A stretch of 62,017 nucleotides of DNA, filler included, from Choristocarpus tenellus KU-1152 (Eukaryota > Protista > Phaeophyceae), in the NCBI GenBank assembly GCA_964200185.2. It is 12 parts of 12 records of this genome, joined end to end, with 100 filler letters (N's around TTAATTAATTAA, not from the genome) between each part and the next. Parts side by side here need not be neighbours in the genome. Positions count along the whole stretch, not along the records: positions 1 to 9,926 come from CAXNAD020003276.1; positions 10,027 to 19,731 come from CAXNAD020003461.1; 10 more parts are not named here. One strand, given 5' to 3'. Position 1 is the first letter of the stretch; each line of letters starts with the position of its first letter. Below are positions 1 through 12,624 of this stretch, piece after piece. Under the pieces are notes generated by a model. That model saw only the letters and a program-made list of their open reading frames with translations. It was not told where the DNA came from and did no database searches. The translations under genes were made by a program, and so were the position numbers.

Positions 1-240
1 CCCCCCCTTAAGGGGAAGAGAACTGGAAAGGATTGTGTTTTTCTCAGAATTTTCTTGGCTTTCTAGCAAGTATGCCTTTGTTGTTATTCCCCCCCCCCAT
101 CTGTACCCCTAGCCCCAACCTTATCCCTAATCCTCACCAAGAACTTGTCATTTGATTGGTCAAGGAAGGCCCAATAGTTGCAAGGAACGTTGCAGTAATG
201 CCCTACCCTCTTTAGACCCTTGGTCATGCAATCCTTGACA

Positions 241-331
241 AAATATGTACATGTACAAAATATGTACAAGCATGTACAAAATATGTACAAGTATGTACAA
301 AATATGTACAAGTATGTACAAAAATATGTAC
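241..331 (+). repeat. Tandem repeat, ~21-bp unit (AAATATGTACAAGTATGTACA), ~4 copies
   Basis: Directly visible; explains the repetitive ORFs 84..311 and 220..528. Confidence 0.9.
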
Positions 332-1007
332 TCCTTGTAATCGTGAAACTGCTGCTTTTTGTTACTGTTCAGTTTGCCCTGTTACCCAACCTTAACCCTA
401 TCCCTAGCAATGTTTGCCAACTCCTGTCTTTAAATCCTAGTCTTTGTCCCTACCTAGAGTCCCACTCTCTTTGCACAAATTGCCTGAGTCCCAATTCCTT
501 TTTTCTCTATGGTGTTAACCAACCCTAACCCTAACTCTATCCCTAACCTTATACTTACCACCACAGCTTGGGAGGGTGAAGGTTTCACACGCACTAGGGT
601 TAGGGTTAGAGTTGAGATCAGTCTATTTTGAAGTTCCTTCTTTGGGGGTAGTAATGGTTAGGATTAGGGTTAAGTTTATTATCAATGAGCTATCTTATAT
701 CCGCACCCATGTACATGTTACATGTTGTATGGAGAGATTTCGGTTAGGGTTAGTATGGATGAGCAAAATCTTTGCCAACACTTTCATAATAATAGTGATA
801 ATGATTTTTTTTAATTATTGTGATCATTGTATGATGATTTGTATTATTGGCACTACTATTTGTATTTGATAATCGTATCATTTATACCAATTCTGCCCTG
901 CCCTGGAAGTCCTATACCCCTGCACACATGGGCACCGATCCTAGCCCTATACCCCTAACCCTACCATCCGTTCGATTCTTTTTTACTTCATAAATCACAC
1001 CTTCCAG

Positions 1008-4000
1008 CTAAGCAGCTCCTGGGCTCTAGAATAATAGGAGGCATTAGTGCCCCTGTGAGTATGGAGGTGGAAGGGACGGTCCACCCCAGACCAAATTTTG
1101 TGATAGTTGTGATGGAGTCAACAAGTGGATTAGCTGTCTCTCCTCCGTATCACCATGGAGAGTCGGAATTGAGAGAAGGAAGCGATGTCACACCCTGGAT
1201 GGCGATGATGGCAAAGAGGTGAGAGAACTTTCGCTTGGGTGAAATGGACCATGGCAGGCATTCTTCTAAGGGTTAGGGTCATGTTTGTTGTCGTGTTTGT
1301 TGTCATGTCTACTGAACACACTTTGCTTGGTACTTGGTACTTGGTACTTAGGACATGGTACTTGGTACTTAGGGCATGGTACTTGGGGTAGGTAGGAGCA
1401 TTGTTGATGGGGTCTTTGTTGTGTTAATATTTTTTTTTTGAAAAGAAGAAACACACAGACAGGTCAACTTGAGAACAAAGGATTTTTTTTTTCTTGCCAA
1501 GAGGGTTAGACACAGACAGACAGACAGACAGAGAGTGTACTATTCAAACCACATTGCTGCAACAAGTGTGACTCATTCATTTTTCTTAGTGATATGATGC
1601 TCAACACCTTGTTTCTTGCATCAGTACACTATTAGTATGGTAGAAGGGCAGAAACACTGGTTTGTGTATCTGATACTTAACTACATTAAGGCATGCTTGT
1701 ATTGGGTATCTGATAGCAGAGTCTGCTACATTTAGATATTATTGTTATCATTATATTTCTTTTGGCTCGGTGAATCTTGTGTGTTGAATTGGAGCACTAC
1801 CAAATTATAGTAGATTGTGGTATATTCTTGACCATGATGGGGGTGTTGAGATCTGATGGTCAATAAATAATACCATAGGACGACATAGTCACTGGAAGAA
1901 ATTTTGGAGAGACATTTTTTTTTTTTACTTGACAGGAAGAAACGGAGTGAAGAGTGTGAAGAGGGTGTGTTGTTGTGTTTTATTGTATACCAAGAGTTCA
2001 TGCTTTAGCACATCAATTTCTTGAACTGATTCCGTGCAGAAAAGCCTCATTATACTAGAAAAGGATATGTTTCTGTAGTTGAGCATCTTCAGATTTATCA
2101 GCACTTTGTTCTAAAGGTTATATGTGTGTGTCTGTGTGTCATGCTTAGTTCAGGTGAGTGATGTTTGCATCTCGTGCACCTGTTTTTTCTGTTCTAAATC
2201 ACAACTCATATCTGCCCTAACCCTTGGTTCATATTCTGAGTCTGACTGTGGGCTGCTTTCATGGTTGTGTTCGTCTGGCCTGTATGGGATGTGCAGCTTG
2301 GATTTTTTGGGGGTTAAGATTAGGGTGTGTGTGTCTGTCTGTCTGTCTGTTGACAGTTGAAACTATTCAAATAAAAAAATCTTCTAGGGGTGGATATCTT
2401 CATCTCTTTCATTTTGAAGGAGGGGAGTGGATCTGAAGGGGATATCCTCTTTGTTGGTTTGGTACTAATTTTGCAAAAAGGTTGAAGTTTTTATTTTGGA
2501 ATGAAATTTTCTTGAGCAACATCTATGATAGTAATGTAGCAAAGCAAAAACCTTTTTTAACCTTGTCAAACTAACTTGTCAAACTCGTTTTTCTTTTTTT
2601 CATTAAAGAAATTTTGTGTCAAGAGGCTGGAGATCTGTAGCTGTAATTGACATCCAGATGGTGCTTTCATGTAGCTATGTACTATTTATTATCAAGTTTT
2701 TTTTAATGATTGGTACTTGAAAAATGTATTGCTTAGGGCTAAGGTTAGTGTTAAGGCCTTTTCCAATTTCTTCTTCTGCATGGAATATCTTGACCAGACC
2801 TACTACCCCTTTCTCCTCCACTCTCTTCTGTCCCTTACCTCTCCATATCCACTATACTGAGACGCTTCTACCTGATGTTTGTTGATTGTTATCACATCTC
2901 ACTTTTTGTATCTTGATTGCAGGGGGATGTCTTCTAACTCTTTTTATTCATCCATGCCTAACACCAACAAGGCCATGTTTCAGGTAAGGAGAACGGGGGG
3001 ATGTACGTTTTAGTAACTTTTTAATCATGTTTACTGTTGCTTTGCAACACTATCATCATCCAGTATACTTATTCTGTTACAACATGGAGTGGAACGTTTT
3101 TTTGGAACAATCAAGGTCTGCTTTCTTGAGGGCAGGGGAACCATTTTGTATTTTATTTTGAGCATGCTTTTCCAGGCGTGTGGGTATAGTGACCCCCCTA
3201 AACTATCTCTGCCTTGTGTGGGTAGCTGGGTGTCCCCAGGTAAATGTCACCTTGTTTCTACCAAAAAATCACACAATTTTGCGATCTCCTCAACTGTCTA
3301 GAGATTGAAACATTACAATGGAAGAAAAGGTAAATATATGTATATGTGTATTACGTATTTTTCATTTTTTTTCAAGTAGATGCTGCAGCTGAGGGTAAGT
3401 GGGTTGGTAAGATCTTGGATAAGAATGCCAAAATAATCACCGGTCTGCTATGTAGAGATGATCTACAGTGAGGGGTACTATCATTGCTAGTACTACCATC
3501 TCTGTTATTTTACCACTGACTTGTTGGAGGCGTTCCTAGGGTGGAGAAAGAACACAAGTTGCTTGAGAGCACAATTAATTCACCTTTTTTTTATGACATT
3601 TTTATTATTTTCATTGTTATTATTGTTATGATTATTCTTATTGTACTATCATATAAATTGGGAATAGATTTCGGCAGGTTTGAGTTTAAATACCTCTTTT
3701 AACCTTGTGCTATGTAATCCATGACCATGCCCTTCAAATGCAGTCAATTCCCCTGGGAGGTTGAAGTTGTAAATGAGAAGGTTAGGTGTGAAGACATTGT
3801 TAGCCAAGAATGCCCTCCACAGATCTCAAAACACATGTACCACGATGCTGTCACAGGACTCTTTTAAGCTCAACAGCACACCCCTCTTTAGATGGTATCA
3901 CTCAAATAGAAATTGATGCACATTGGTTTTGCCAGTAGACTTCAAAACTTACTTTGAAAAAGAAGATTAGATTGAAAGTATCTTAGAGGGTACGAGGTTT

Positions 4001-7000
4001 GCCCTGTTTGTCCATTTGGGGCTTGGCTTCCCATGTTTTTTTATGACATTTTCCTACTGCAAAATGTTTAGGAGTAGGTAAAATGTATGTTATGTAAAGG
4101 TGTGTCCGAAACAAAGATATTGACACTTTCTAACAAACACGATAGCCAAAATTACATCAAGATTGCAACATTGGATTTTGACACCCAAATGGACGTGACT
4201 CTATCCTAACCCTAAGATACTTTGACTCTTAGTGATTTGGCAGCATATAATTGATGTTTTCAAATGTACTCACTAATTGCTGGGGTGGTCATCTTGACAT
4301 CAGTCTGAGGTGTCTCTAACCCTAACCCTTCAGGTGCTCCTTACCGCCTCTGCCATGACACATGATGAAGTCATCTCTGCTGTCACACAAAGTATATATA
4401 TATATATATGAGTACTATCTATAGTACTGGAGTAGTGTTGGGACTGTTGTGTTTGGACTTGATATGCGGAATAATTTAATTTTGGTGATAGGTGGAAAGA
4501 ATACTCTTTATGGGTAATGCTGTGGAGCGTCTAATATGGAGTATTGTATTTATTTATACATTGCATTGTATTGCAAGGCATTTATGTTGGAGAAGATGTT
4601 TTTCAATTCATTGGACAATGTTATTATTAGGTGAACAGAGGGGTTGAGTATCCCACCACGTGGGGGATAGACGACTAACTAGTCAGTAGTTGAATTACTT
4701 CCACACTTTCTGCAAATGAGGGAAATTGATAAGATCATTTTGGGGCTACTATCAACCTTAGCAATAGTCAGTACAGTGGTATGAGAGGAAACAGGAAAAT
4801 CGGGTTAAATCAAGAGCTGTGATCAAGCATACATTCACTGGAAACAGGGCGGTGTTAGATGCCAGGGTTAGGGTTAGCGATTCACTTGATGATTTTTTGA
4901 GGTATACCCTTTTTCTGTACATTATACAAGGATTTATGTTTGAGTCATGATGTACTTCAAAGCCTTTTACTGCACACTTGTCCCTTTGAACAGAAGCAGC
5001 GATTCTTTTTTTTTATGTTGCGTGTGCACATTATCATTTTGATGCATGTCGGACACACTGTATCTATACTTTTGAAACCCATGTCCATGTGTATATATAA
5101 TAACAATAAATTGGTATGTGTGTATGTCTATGTGTTTATGCCTATGTATGCCGATCAATGTCATGGCCAGTTCATGCTAGTGTCATGCTAGTGACGCAGA
5201 CTAATTTCATGCAGAGGACACATAGCCACGGAGTGATGTGAGGACTTCTCTTGGCTATGAAGGAACATGGCTCATTAGATATTGTGGGGCAACAAGTTGT
5301 GAATATGAACCAATATGTATCCATATTGCAAGGGTACTGACATAATTGTACAATTTTTGTTCTGCAATATGATAGCTCTACTATTATCAAATACTACCAA
5401 GTACTCATGGGTATGACTTGAGTTTGTAGATTTGTACTATTCCTTTCCCAGGTCATGTGCGGACTGATGTCATCCCTTGAGACCTCATGGGTCGAGTTTG
5501 AGCATCAGGACTTGCTGGACGCATTGTGCCTACCCAATCTATTGAGGTATATTTTGTGATGTCTTCCCCCATCGTGACAACAACAGAACACACAATCTTT
5601 CAGCCATTTTGATTGCTGTATTTTTATTCTAGGGTTCTGGAACGGAGTCTGTTTTGCTGAAGGTGCAGGTACCGATTTTTTTTAATTCAAACTGCGTTTG
5701 TTGTGGGTAAGGGTTAGGGTTAGGGTTCGATTTGTGTGCACGGGTTAGGGTTAGGGTACCTCTCTGAGGTCACAGTGTGATTTTTTATTTGGACCTGAGT
5801 TCCCCTCTAGCACTGATACTCCAGCACTGATACAAGTTTCAGGGAAACAGAGTAAAACGCCCAACTATTTGTTGCCAAGGCGATCAAAGGCGATGTGGTT
5901 GTCTGGTCTCATCGCCTTAGTCTCTCTAACAGCAGTGAAGTCTCTTGCAATCATTACTTACACCTGGTTCTAATGCCAGACTGTAGGTTGATGTTCAGAT
6001 CTGAGGTTAGGGTTAGGGTTCCATGTACAGGTCCAGGCCTGGTTCTGACAACAAAGTTTGGATCCTGGTTTGGATCTGAGGTTGTACTTTAGTCACATAT
6101 GCAGGTGCCTGTTTGCTGTACCAATACTTTTTTCAGAATATGTGGACTTACACTGTAAAGTTCGTCTGAAGTCACCATTGTCATTTTGTGTTGTAGAAAC
6201 TGCATTTCTAAAAGCGGATAACACTAGAAAAGCATTGAAAGAATCATGAATAATGGTATATGACTTAGTCAACTGTCAACTGTAACGGTCAGGATGTTGG
6301 CCTACTTCGAACCAAGGGTCAACAGGTTGTAAAGTTTTTTGACTAATTTCCTTTTATGAACCACTACTCCTAATCTTAACCTTATTCTTAGGGTTAGAGT
6401 TAGGGTTAGTTGCACTTTGAAGAAACAATCCACAACAAATTACCTCTGATAAATGATCATATGATTTGAAAGTTAATGTGGAATGTCAAACCTAGAATAA
6501 TAGTTACGCAGCTGGATCTACTAATTCATGAGAAAAATCCACATTTTATCTCTCTCTCTCTCTATATATATATATACATTCATACTTCAAAATATGAAGT
6601 CCAGAATGAAATTGATGTGTTAGTTTGTTGAGAATACTAACCTCACAATATCATGACATGCACACCAATGTAGCAGGCCTGTGATCACAGAAAGGATCTT
6701 GAAGATTGGGAAACCCATGACAAATAAAAATCTCTAAATTTGGCAGGATTCAATAATTTTCACCTGAGTCAAAGCAGGCTAAAACCCGTGCAATGTGAAT
6801 AGGGTTAATGATATAGAATACCTCTCCCCCCCCCTCTGCCCTCGCCAGCCCCATCTCCACCTCCACCTTCACCTTGATATCAGTGTGTATATATTCTAGG
6901 GTTATGTTACAGTACAGTTATCAGTTTGTTAGTCTGAACTATTTGCAGCCTGTCTGTGGTCTCAATAGGTACACTACCACTTCTCAACAACATTTACCTT

Positions 7001-9183
7001 ACATCGTTTACGCTTCAGCCATCCTACTATTTGTCAACTCCCTCTCTTCTATTGAATCTTTTTTGTACTTGCCTGGCGGCACTACTTCTCAGATATTTCA
7101 AATATTTCATGGACTGACAATTATTCCCTCTGCTGTGTGGGATGAACTGTGCCAGAGGTAGAGCTTGTGGAACTTGCTACTTGACTATTCCCCATGGCAA
7201 CCATCTAAACCAGATTTCCCATGGTATTGAATTTTGAGTCCAGCGAAGTTTGAAGTTTGGACACTTGAGGGTAGAAGCCCGGCAATACCCACTGGGTCAC
7301 ATTGGAAGACTCTTACCAAAATGGCCTTTCAATCCTTCCCCCCTCCCCCTTGTGCCTGTTCCTCGCTGTCCCCCCTCTCATGATTGAAGGGCCAAACTAG
7401 GCTACAAGTCTCGCTTCCTTACAGGTTCTGGGGTAGGAGGCTTGGCATGCCTGGGTTTTGACTCTGTAAAGGGCTTTGCAGGGGACGCAGAGCAAGGTGG
7501 ACACAAGATGTTCAAGTCTCGAAAGGTCCAGAGCAAGGTTAGATTGTGCTTTTCCTTTCTTTTTTTTCATTGTGTTTAATATTCACAGTAAAAATAACTG
7601 TTATTATAGTGTTATTGAATGGACTGAGTAAAGGTGTATGGTGCTATAAGCCCTGGCCTTTCTTAAGTATGTTGTTCTTTTTGGACGAAGTAGGAAATTT
7701 TCGTTTTCAGTAACTCTTCCTAGTTGGTTCATTGCTGTTAATGCAATATGGGTTAGGGTTAGGGTTTTTGTTTTTGTGCACCAATGCGTGACTAAGAAGA
7801 AAAAAAAAATCTATTTATACGTCAGATTGTTTTTCGGCGATACACTTTTTGTTTATTTTTTGTTTCCTATCTGTGTCCTTGATTAAGGGCTGAAAGAAAA
7901 GATGTGTTCTTGTTTGATATATATATATATATTTATATATCTGCATCATTTTGTATGGCAAGCGAACTGTGTGATTCATGTGGGCAAATCCCCTCTGCTG
8001 TTACAATTCAGTTGCTGGATGCAATGGTGATGTACCTTGTTGAATGAATGATAGATACACTGTGGGTTTGGTACTCTTGCTCGAATGATTATTTTCATGT
8101 AGTAAATACAGAGTGCATGGATGTCTCTCCCTAACCCTAACACACACTAATCGTGTTTTTTTTTAACATATAAAGAGTCTTCTCAACTTGGGCTTTGCAA
8201 CACCCCACTAGTTGGAGTGTTGCACAGAGGACTTTAACCATATTTCAAAATGCAATATATTTGCATTGTACCAGTATGATGTAAGTGCTCCGAGGTGCTT
8301 GCCAATGGAATCTCCAAATGCAACTTGTTCACTCACATTATAATATTGTGATATTGGGCCTGGCCTGAGCCATTTGAACTCACATTCAAATTGGTGAATA
8401 GGAGTCTGTTCAATATGGAATTATCCACTCATTCTGTGTAGTTGTTGAGTGCTGTACACATTATCATACATTAGGGTTAGGGTAATTTTTATCTGCCACC
8501 AAGCACCCTCTCACTGCAAGATGAAGGCATGCATGACTCACACCTACTTACAACAACAAAAAGACAGGAATGTAGTAAACAGGACCCAGGTTCGGCTCTG
8601 CAGTGATATTTGTGCTTGTAGACATGTAGACATGCAGACATCTATCCACTCTTTTGACTCCGAACCTCTCAATATGATAGTGTGGACAAGTCAGAGTTAG
8701 GATTAGGTGCAATGAGCAGCAGTTGCTACAAAGTAATGTCCTCAATGGTGTATTGAGCCAGTGTAATGCATTCAGTGTACAATCTCCAATGTTTTCATCT
8801 CCAAAGGCAGGATTGCTAGACCCCCACCACCCTTCTTTGCCACTTCTCTCCCTTGTGTCCCCCCCTCTCCCTGCTGAGCCTCCTTTTCACCAATGAACAC
8901 CCCTTCATCTGATCCTCTCCCCCCTGTACCAGAAACCCCCTTTCCTGATTGATCTCATCGATTGTCCCCCTATCCTTCCTCTATGCCATCACTATGGTTG
9001 CAGGTGTCATTTGCACATGGCACATTTGAGAAGGTCAACTACCTGGGATATGATGATCACATCGTCATTGACCCTGCCATTGATTTTCTGCTTGGATCTT
9101 CTCCCTCGGGTAGTCCAATGTCTACGGACACAGCCACTGGGGTTCACCAGGGTGTTGGGGGTAAGCTCCTTACCATCTTGACG
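1008..9183 (+). CDS. Partial multi-exon gene: LTA synthase (LtaS/MdoB-like)/sulfatase-fold protein. Exons 1008-1218, 2923-2983, 5452-5546, 7390-7537, 9004-9183; 5' and 3' ends not identified on this contig
   Basis: Five AG/GT-bounded exons join in phase (2,0,2,0) with no stop: RPNFVIVVMES...DVTPWMAMMAKR|GMSSNSFYSSMPNTNKAMFQ|VMCGL...CLPNLLR|AKLGYKSRFLTG...LGFDSVKG...|...VNYLGYDDHIVIDPAIDFL...KLLTILT. Motif order (PN-hydrophobic-ES, TP, FY..T, LP.LL, GY.S/T, GFD, G..D) matches the LtaS-type alkaline phosphatase superfamily. Confidence 0.8.
1326..1385 (+). repeat. 7-bp microsatellite (TTGGTAC)n, degenerate
   Basis: Directly visible in intron 1 of the LtaS-like gene. Confidence 0.8.
3970..4228. 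mobile_element. MITE family 1 (~258 bp, TIR GAGT(G/C)AAAGTATCTTAGAGGGT), copy A, flanks TTA/TTA
   Basis: Internal sequence matches seven other copies in the window; terminal inverted repeats; duplicated flanks. Confidence 0.9.
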
Positions 9184-9926
9184 GTGAGTAGATGTTTGTA
9201 TGGCAGGTGCAGATGTAGGGGTACCAGTTGGGAGTTCCATGTACCTTGCAGGCGGTGATAAGAAAGATTAGGAGGAGATTCTTAAACCTTTTTTTTTAGT
9301 TAGGCGTCTTGTGAGGGCTTTGATGTGTTGTGTGTACAAGTGTGTTTTCTATTGTGTCATTAGTGTTAGGGCAACATGTAATGCAACCCTATTGGGTTTC
9401 ATTGGATTTTGTATGGGGCATTGCTTTCTGAAGATTTTAGGTGTGGGCATTTGATGGGAAGTTGCTGGCAAGCCTTGTCTTTGCTATAGTGAATCCCCCT
9501 TCATGCAATTACCCTCTTTTTGTTTGCTGTTCTTCTTTACTTGAAATGTATGTGGAATCAGTGTGAGGGAGTTCTTTGGTGAGTTGCTGCATTTTGTATC
9601 AAATTCAAATTATCTATTTTTGACCAAATGGGCTTAGGCTGTATGTAACCAATGGGTTGCGGTTGGCTTAGAGATCAGAACATTGCAGTTCACACCTGTG
9701 TAGAGCTAGGGTTAATGTTATTGTACTTGAGGAATTGTAATGACTCATTTTTGTTATTTTAGTGTACCAATCTTGCACCCCATAGCATCAAATTTTTAGT
9801 CTCCAACAGAATGTACCATAAATCAAATATATGGGTTTGGGTTGGCGTTAGAGTTAGAGTTAAGTACCACCTTGCCCCCCCCCCCCCCCCCCACCTCACC
9901 CCCTCCTTAGCTGTTCCAATTGAAAT

Positions 9927-10026
9927 NNNNNNNNNNNNNNNNNNNNNNNNNNNNNNNNNNNNNNNNNNNNTTAATTAATTAANNNNNNNNNNNNNNNNNN
10001 NNNNNNNNNNNNNNNNNNNNNNNNNN
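9927..10026. other. Artificial contig linker (N44-TTAATTAATTAA-N44); identical linkers at 19732-19831, 23710-23809, 27393-27492, 31207-31306, 36900-36999, 40174-40273, 43397-43496, 46071-46170, 53718-53817, 59009-59108
   Basis: Eleven identical 100-nt spacers whose 12-mer core gives stop codons in all six frames. Confidence 0.98.
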
Positions 10027-10064
10027 CGTTGATACAAGCATGTAACACAGTTTTATGTACTTTT

Positions 10065-10247
10065 GGCTAAACGTATCTGGGGGGGGGGGGGGGTGTCTAC
10101 ACCAGGGTGTCCATTTGGACCCTGACCAGGAAAAAAAGTGCAATTACACTATCCATCCGACGCATTCAACCAAATCGCATAAAAATCATGACATGGAAAA
10201 ATGGCCCCCGAATGAACAGCCACCACCCCCCCCAGATACTTTGAGCC
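10065..10247. mobile_element. MITE family 2 (~180 bp, TIR G(G/A)CYCAAAGTATCT+G-run)
   Basis: Matches copies at 23530-23709, 35365-35541 and 58615-58792; partial ends at 31307-31354, 36874-36899, 40338-40381, 58985-59008. Confidence 0.85.
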
Positions 10248-10699
10248 TTTATCTATAGTTCGGTACAATACAGAGTACTAACGTACGTAACGGTATGATG
10301 AGTCGGTCTTTGGTCATACGTCAGTGACAATAAATAAATGGTTGCGACAAAAGGACACCATAAAATTAATAAACCAGTCTATGTTCACCACGTAACCACC
10401 AGCAGCTTCTAGCAACGAGCTTTTCCTGCGCGAAACTGTTCAACACACCTCCCATGCGCGCTTGATATTTCTGGCAATTAAAATTGTTTTCAGCCATCTC
10501 GTCTCCACCATTTTGTCACTTTGCCTATCTCCCTCGAATCTGGTACGTGCTACCTCCACCTGTAATGAACCTTTGCTAAAATCTAAATATTTCCATGTGT
10601 CCATTTATGTGACTTAGATCCGACATACACGTACAACAAGTACGACGCAGATAGTCCGTTGAAATCAAAATTGCTTCAAAAGGTATAATGACTTAGATA

Positions 10700-10985
10700 T
10701 TTTATTAGTATGCCCTCTGACATTTTGGAGATGTGTCAGGGGGGAGACCTATGACTTAGATATTTTTATTATTATGCCCTCTGACATTTTGCAGATGTGT
10801 CAGAGGGGGAAACCAATGAAGACTATATACATTTGTGTATATAAAATGTCTTAAACATAAGAATACTGTAAGACATTGCGTGGAAACCACTAATCAGTTA
10901 CTTCAGCACTATCAAATGTTGTACTACTGTCGTCTTCCCATCTACCTATTCCTCTGCCCCTGGGGGGGGAGCTAAGGAAGCATAT
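10700..10985 (-). mobile_element. Two tandem 5'-truncated 3' ends of the RLE-type non-LTR retrotransposon
   Basis: Reverse complement of CTGACACATCTGCAAAATGTCAGAGGGC+(ATA)n occurs twice; the shorter copy is flanked by duplicated ATGACTTAGATATTT. Confidence 0.75.
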
Positions 10986-11219
10986 CAGGACTCGAACTTG
11001 GAAGTACCTGCCTGAGTTCTACCGTAATAGAACAGCCAATCAAATTTCATTAACTTCATCAAACCCATTACTCCACACTCTCTAATCTGCGAATTTGGTA
11101 CATTGAAACAAACCAACATCACCTTCACCTCAAAATATTGAAATTCAACTTTGCGTAACAGACCATTGACAATTGCACATCTAAGTCACAACTTGAGGAA
11201 GGACCACTTTCCCGCAGTA

Positions 11220-12624
11220 ATGGGCGTGCTGAAGATAGTGCTAGGGATTATCGGCTTCGTGGAACTCGTGTTTTCAGTCGCAATCCTTACCAGGGGCTTT
11301 GCGGCCAAGGCAAGTCCATACTAAAACTCTCAAGTGAACTCGTTCGTTCTCAACATGACCTCCCACAACATCCAAAGGACTCATCCAGGCTCTGTCCCAT
11401 AATTAATCCCGGTGACCTCATGACGCAGTCGCTCTTTTTCCAACTTGAACCTGCATCCCCGACTTGACGTTGATATCAAATTTCCCCCTATGAAGGTTTA
11501 TGAGGATATGTTTGGAGGTCCCTTGCCCTCTACAGGAACACATGCTGTTGCAGGCCTTGTTTCCATGCACATGATGTCCCCGTATATCGTTGCGATGGCG
11601 GTTATGAACATCATGAGTTGGGAGATGGGGAGCGACATGCGCCCAAGGGTAGGTCTCTGTGCAAAGTTTGCCAAATCTATTTTCTAGAGAATGAAGTGGA
11701 TTCTTCGACGGATCATTTTAGTAGAAGCGGCATTCTCCTCGTGCCTTTGTAAACTGGTTGCCAATGGAAAGTAACAAGCGATATGGAGTATCAGGACGTG
11801 CATTGTGGAAGGCTTTGAAGGTAATACACCAGGAAATGGTTGGTGCTTTCCAGCGAACCCTATCGCAACCTTCTGAGCATGCGCATCGCACGATTAAGCA
11901 ACGAATATGACTTTAGGGGGTTGGTTCTTGGGCTGGCTTTTGGAGTGATGAATTAGGTATCTACTTGATTAAGAATTTCCGTTAATGATCAAGGATACGA
12001 TTGGCAGATTGTTGCTTAGATACTCAATGCATCAATTGAATCCATAGATATTTTACAATGGAATCGAAGGCCGTCACTAAGACCCTAGCCATCAAAAGTT
12101 GCGTCCAAACGTTTATCAGAACACCCGCAGTATTGATCACGGTAGAATGTGATGAGGAAATAAAGGTGGGTCAACATGACTGGCAATAGTTGGCAAAACG
12201 AATCATGAGTAGACTGTCCCAGTTATCCTTGAAGCAGCTCCCCTTTCCGTATATGGTCACGAGGTAAAGAGCCTTCAATAAACAGTCGATCTCAACTTCA
12301 ACACCTCCCCAGTTTAGCCACAACATGACTAAGGAGTGTAGCACGTGTCCTGTGCCATGAAAACCAATATAAAATGAGGTAAAGAATGTGATTGGCAAGG
12401 GACATTCAATTGATTGCTCTCCTCCTCCTTCATTTCTTCTTCTCTAAGATGTCCCGTATCCCCACCATCGACAAGGACAGGTTGCCATCGCCAACATCGC
12501 TGCTCTCTTAGGTTGTGCTGCTGTTCAGTATGGTTTCCTTGGCTGGGGGGGCGAGTTGTGCAAATACCTTTTTACGGAAGTGGCCCTTGCCTTGGCCGTG
12601 GTGGCTGGTCTTGTAGCACACGTG
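11220..12624 (+). CDS. Small multi-pass membrane protein, unknown function. Exons 11220-11309, 11496-11648, 12481-12624; last exon unresolved (~12737-12790)
   Basis: Phase-0 joins: MGVLKIVLGIIGFVELVFSVAILTRGFAAK|VYEDMFGG...SDMRPR|VAIANIAALLGCAAVQYGFLGWGG...LAVVAGLVAHV; about four hydrophobic segments; intron 1 needs a GC donor (AG|GCAAGT). Confidence 0.6.

Noticed and set aside
5452-5546. Alternative frame with two in-frame TGA codons (possible recoding or selenocysteine), joined to a candidate exon at 4334-4391
   Set aside because: The stop-free frame fits the LtaS-like motifs and the phases of neighbouring exons; no recoding needed.
9971-9982. Recurrent TTAATTAATTAA as a biological motif
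   Set aside because: Always centred in identical N runs; a concatenation linker. Gene-cluster inferences across linkers were rejected for the same reason.
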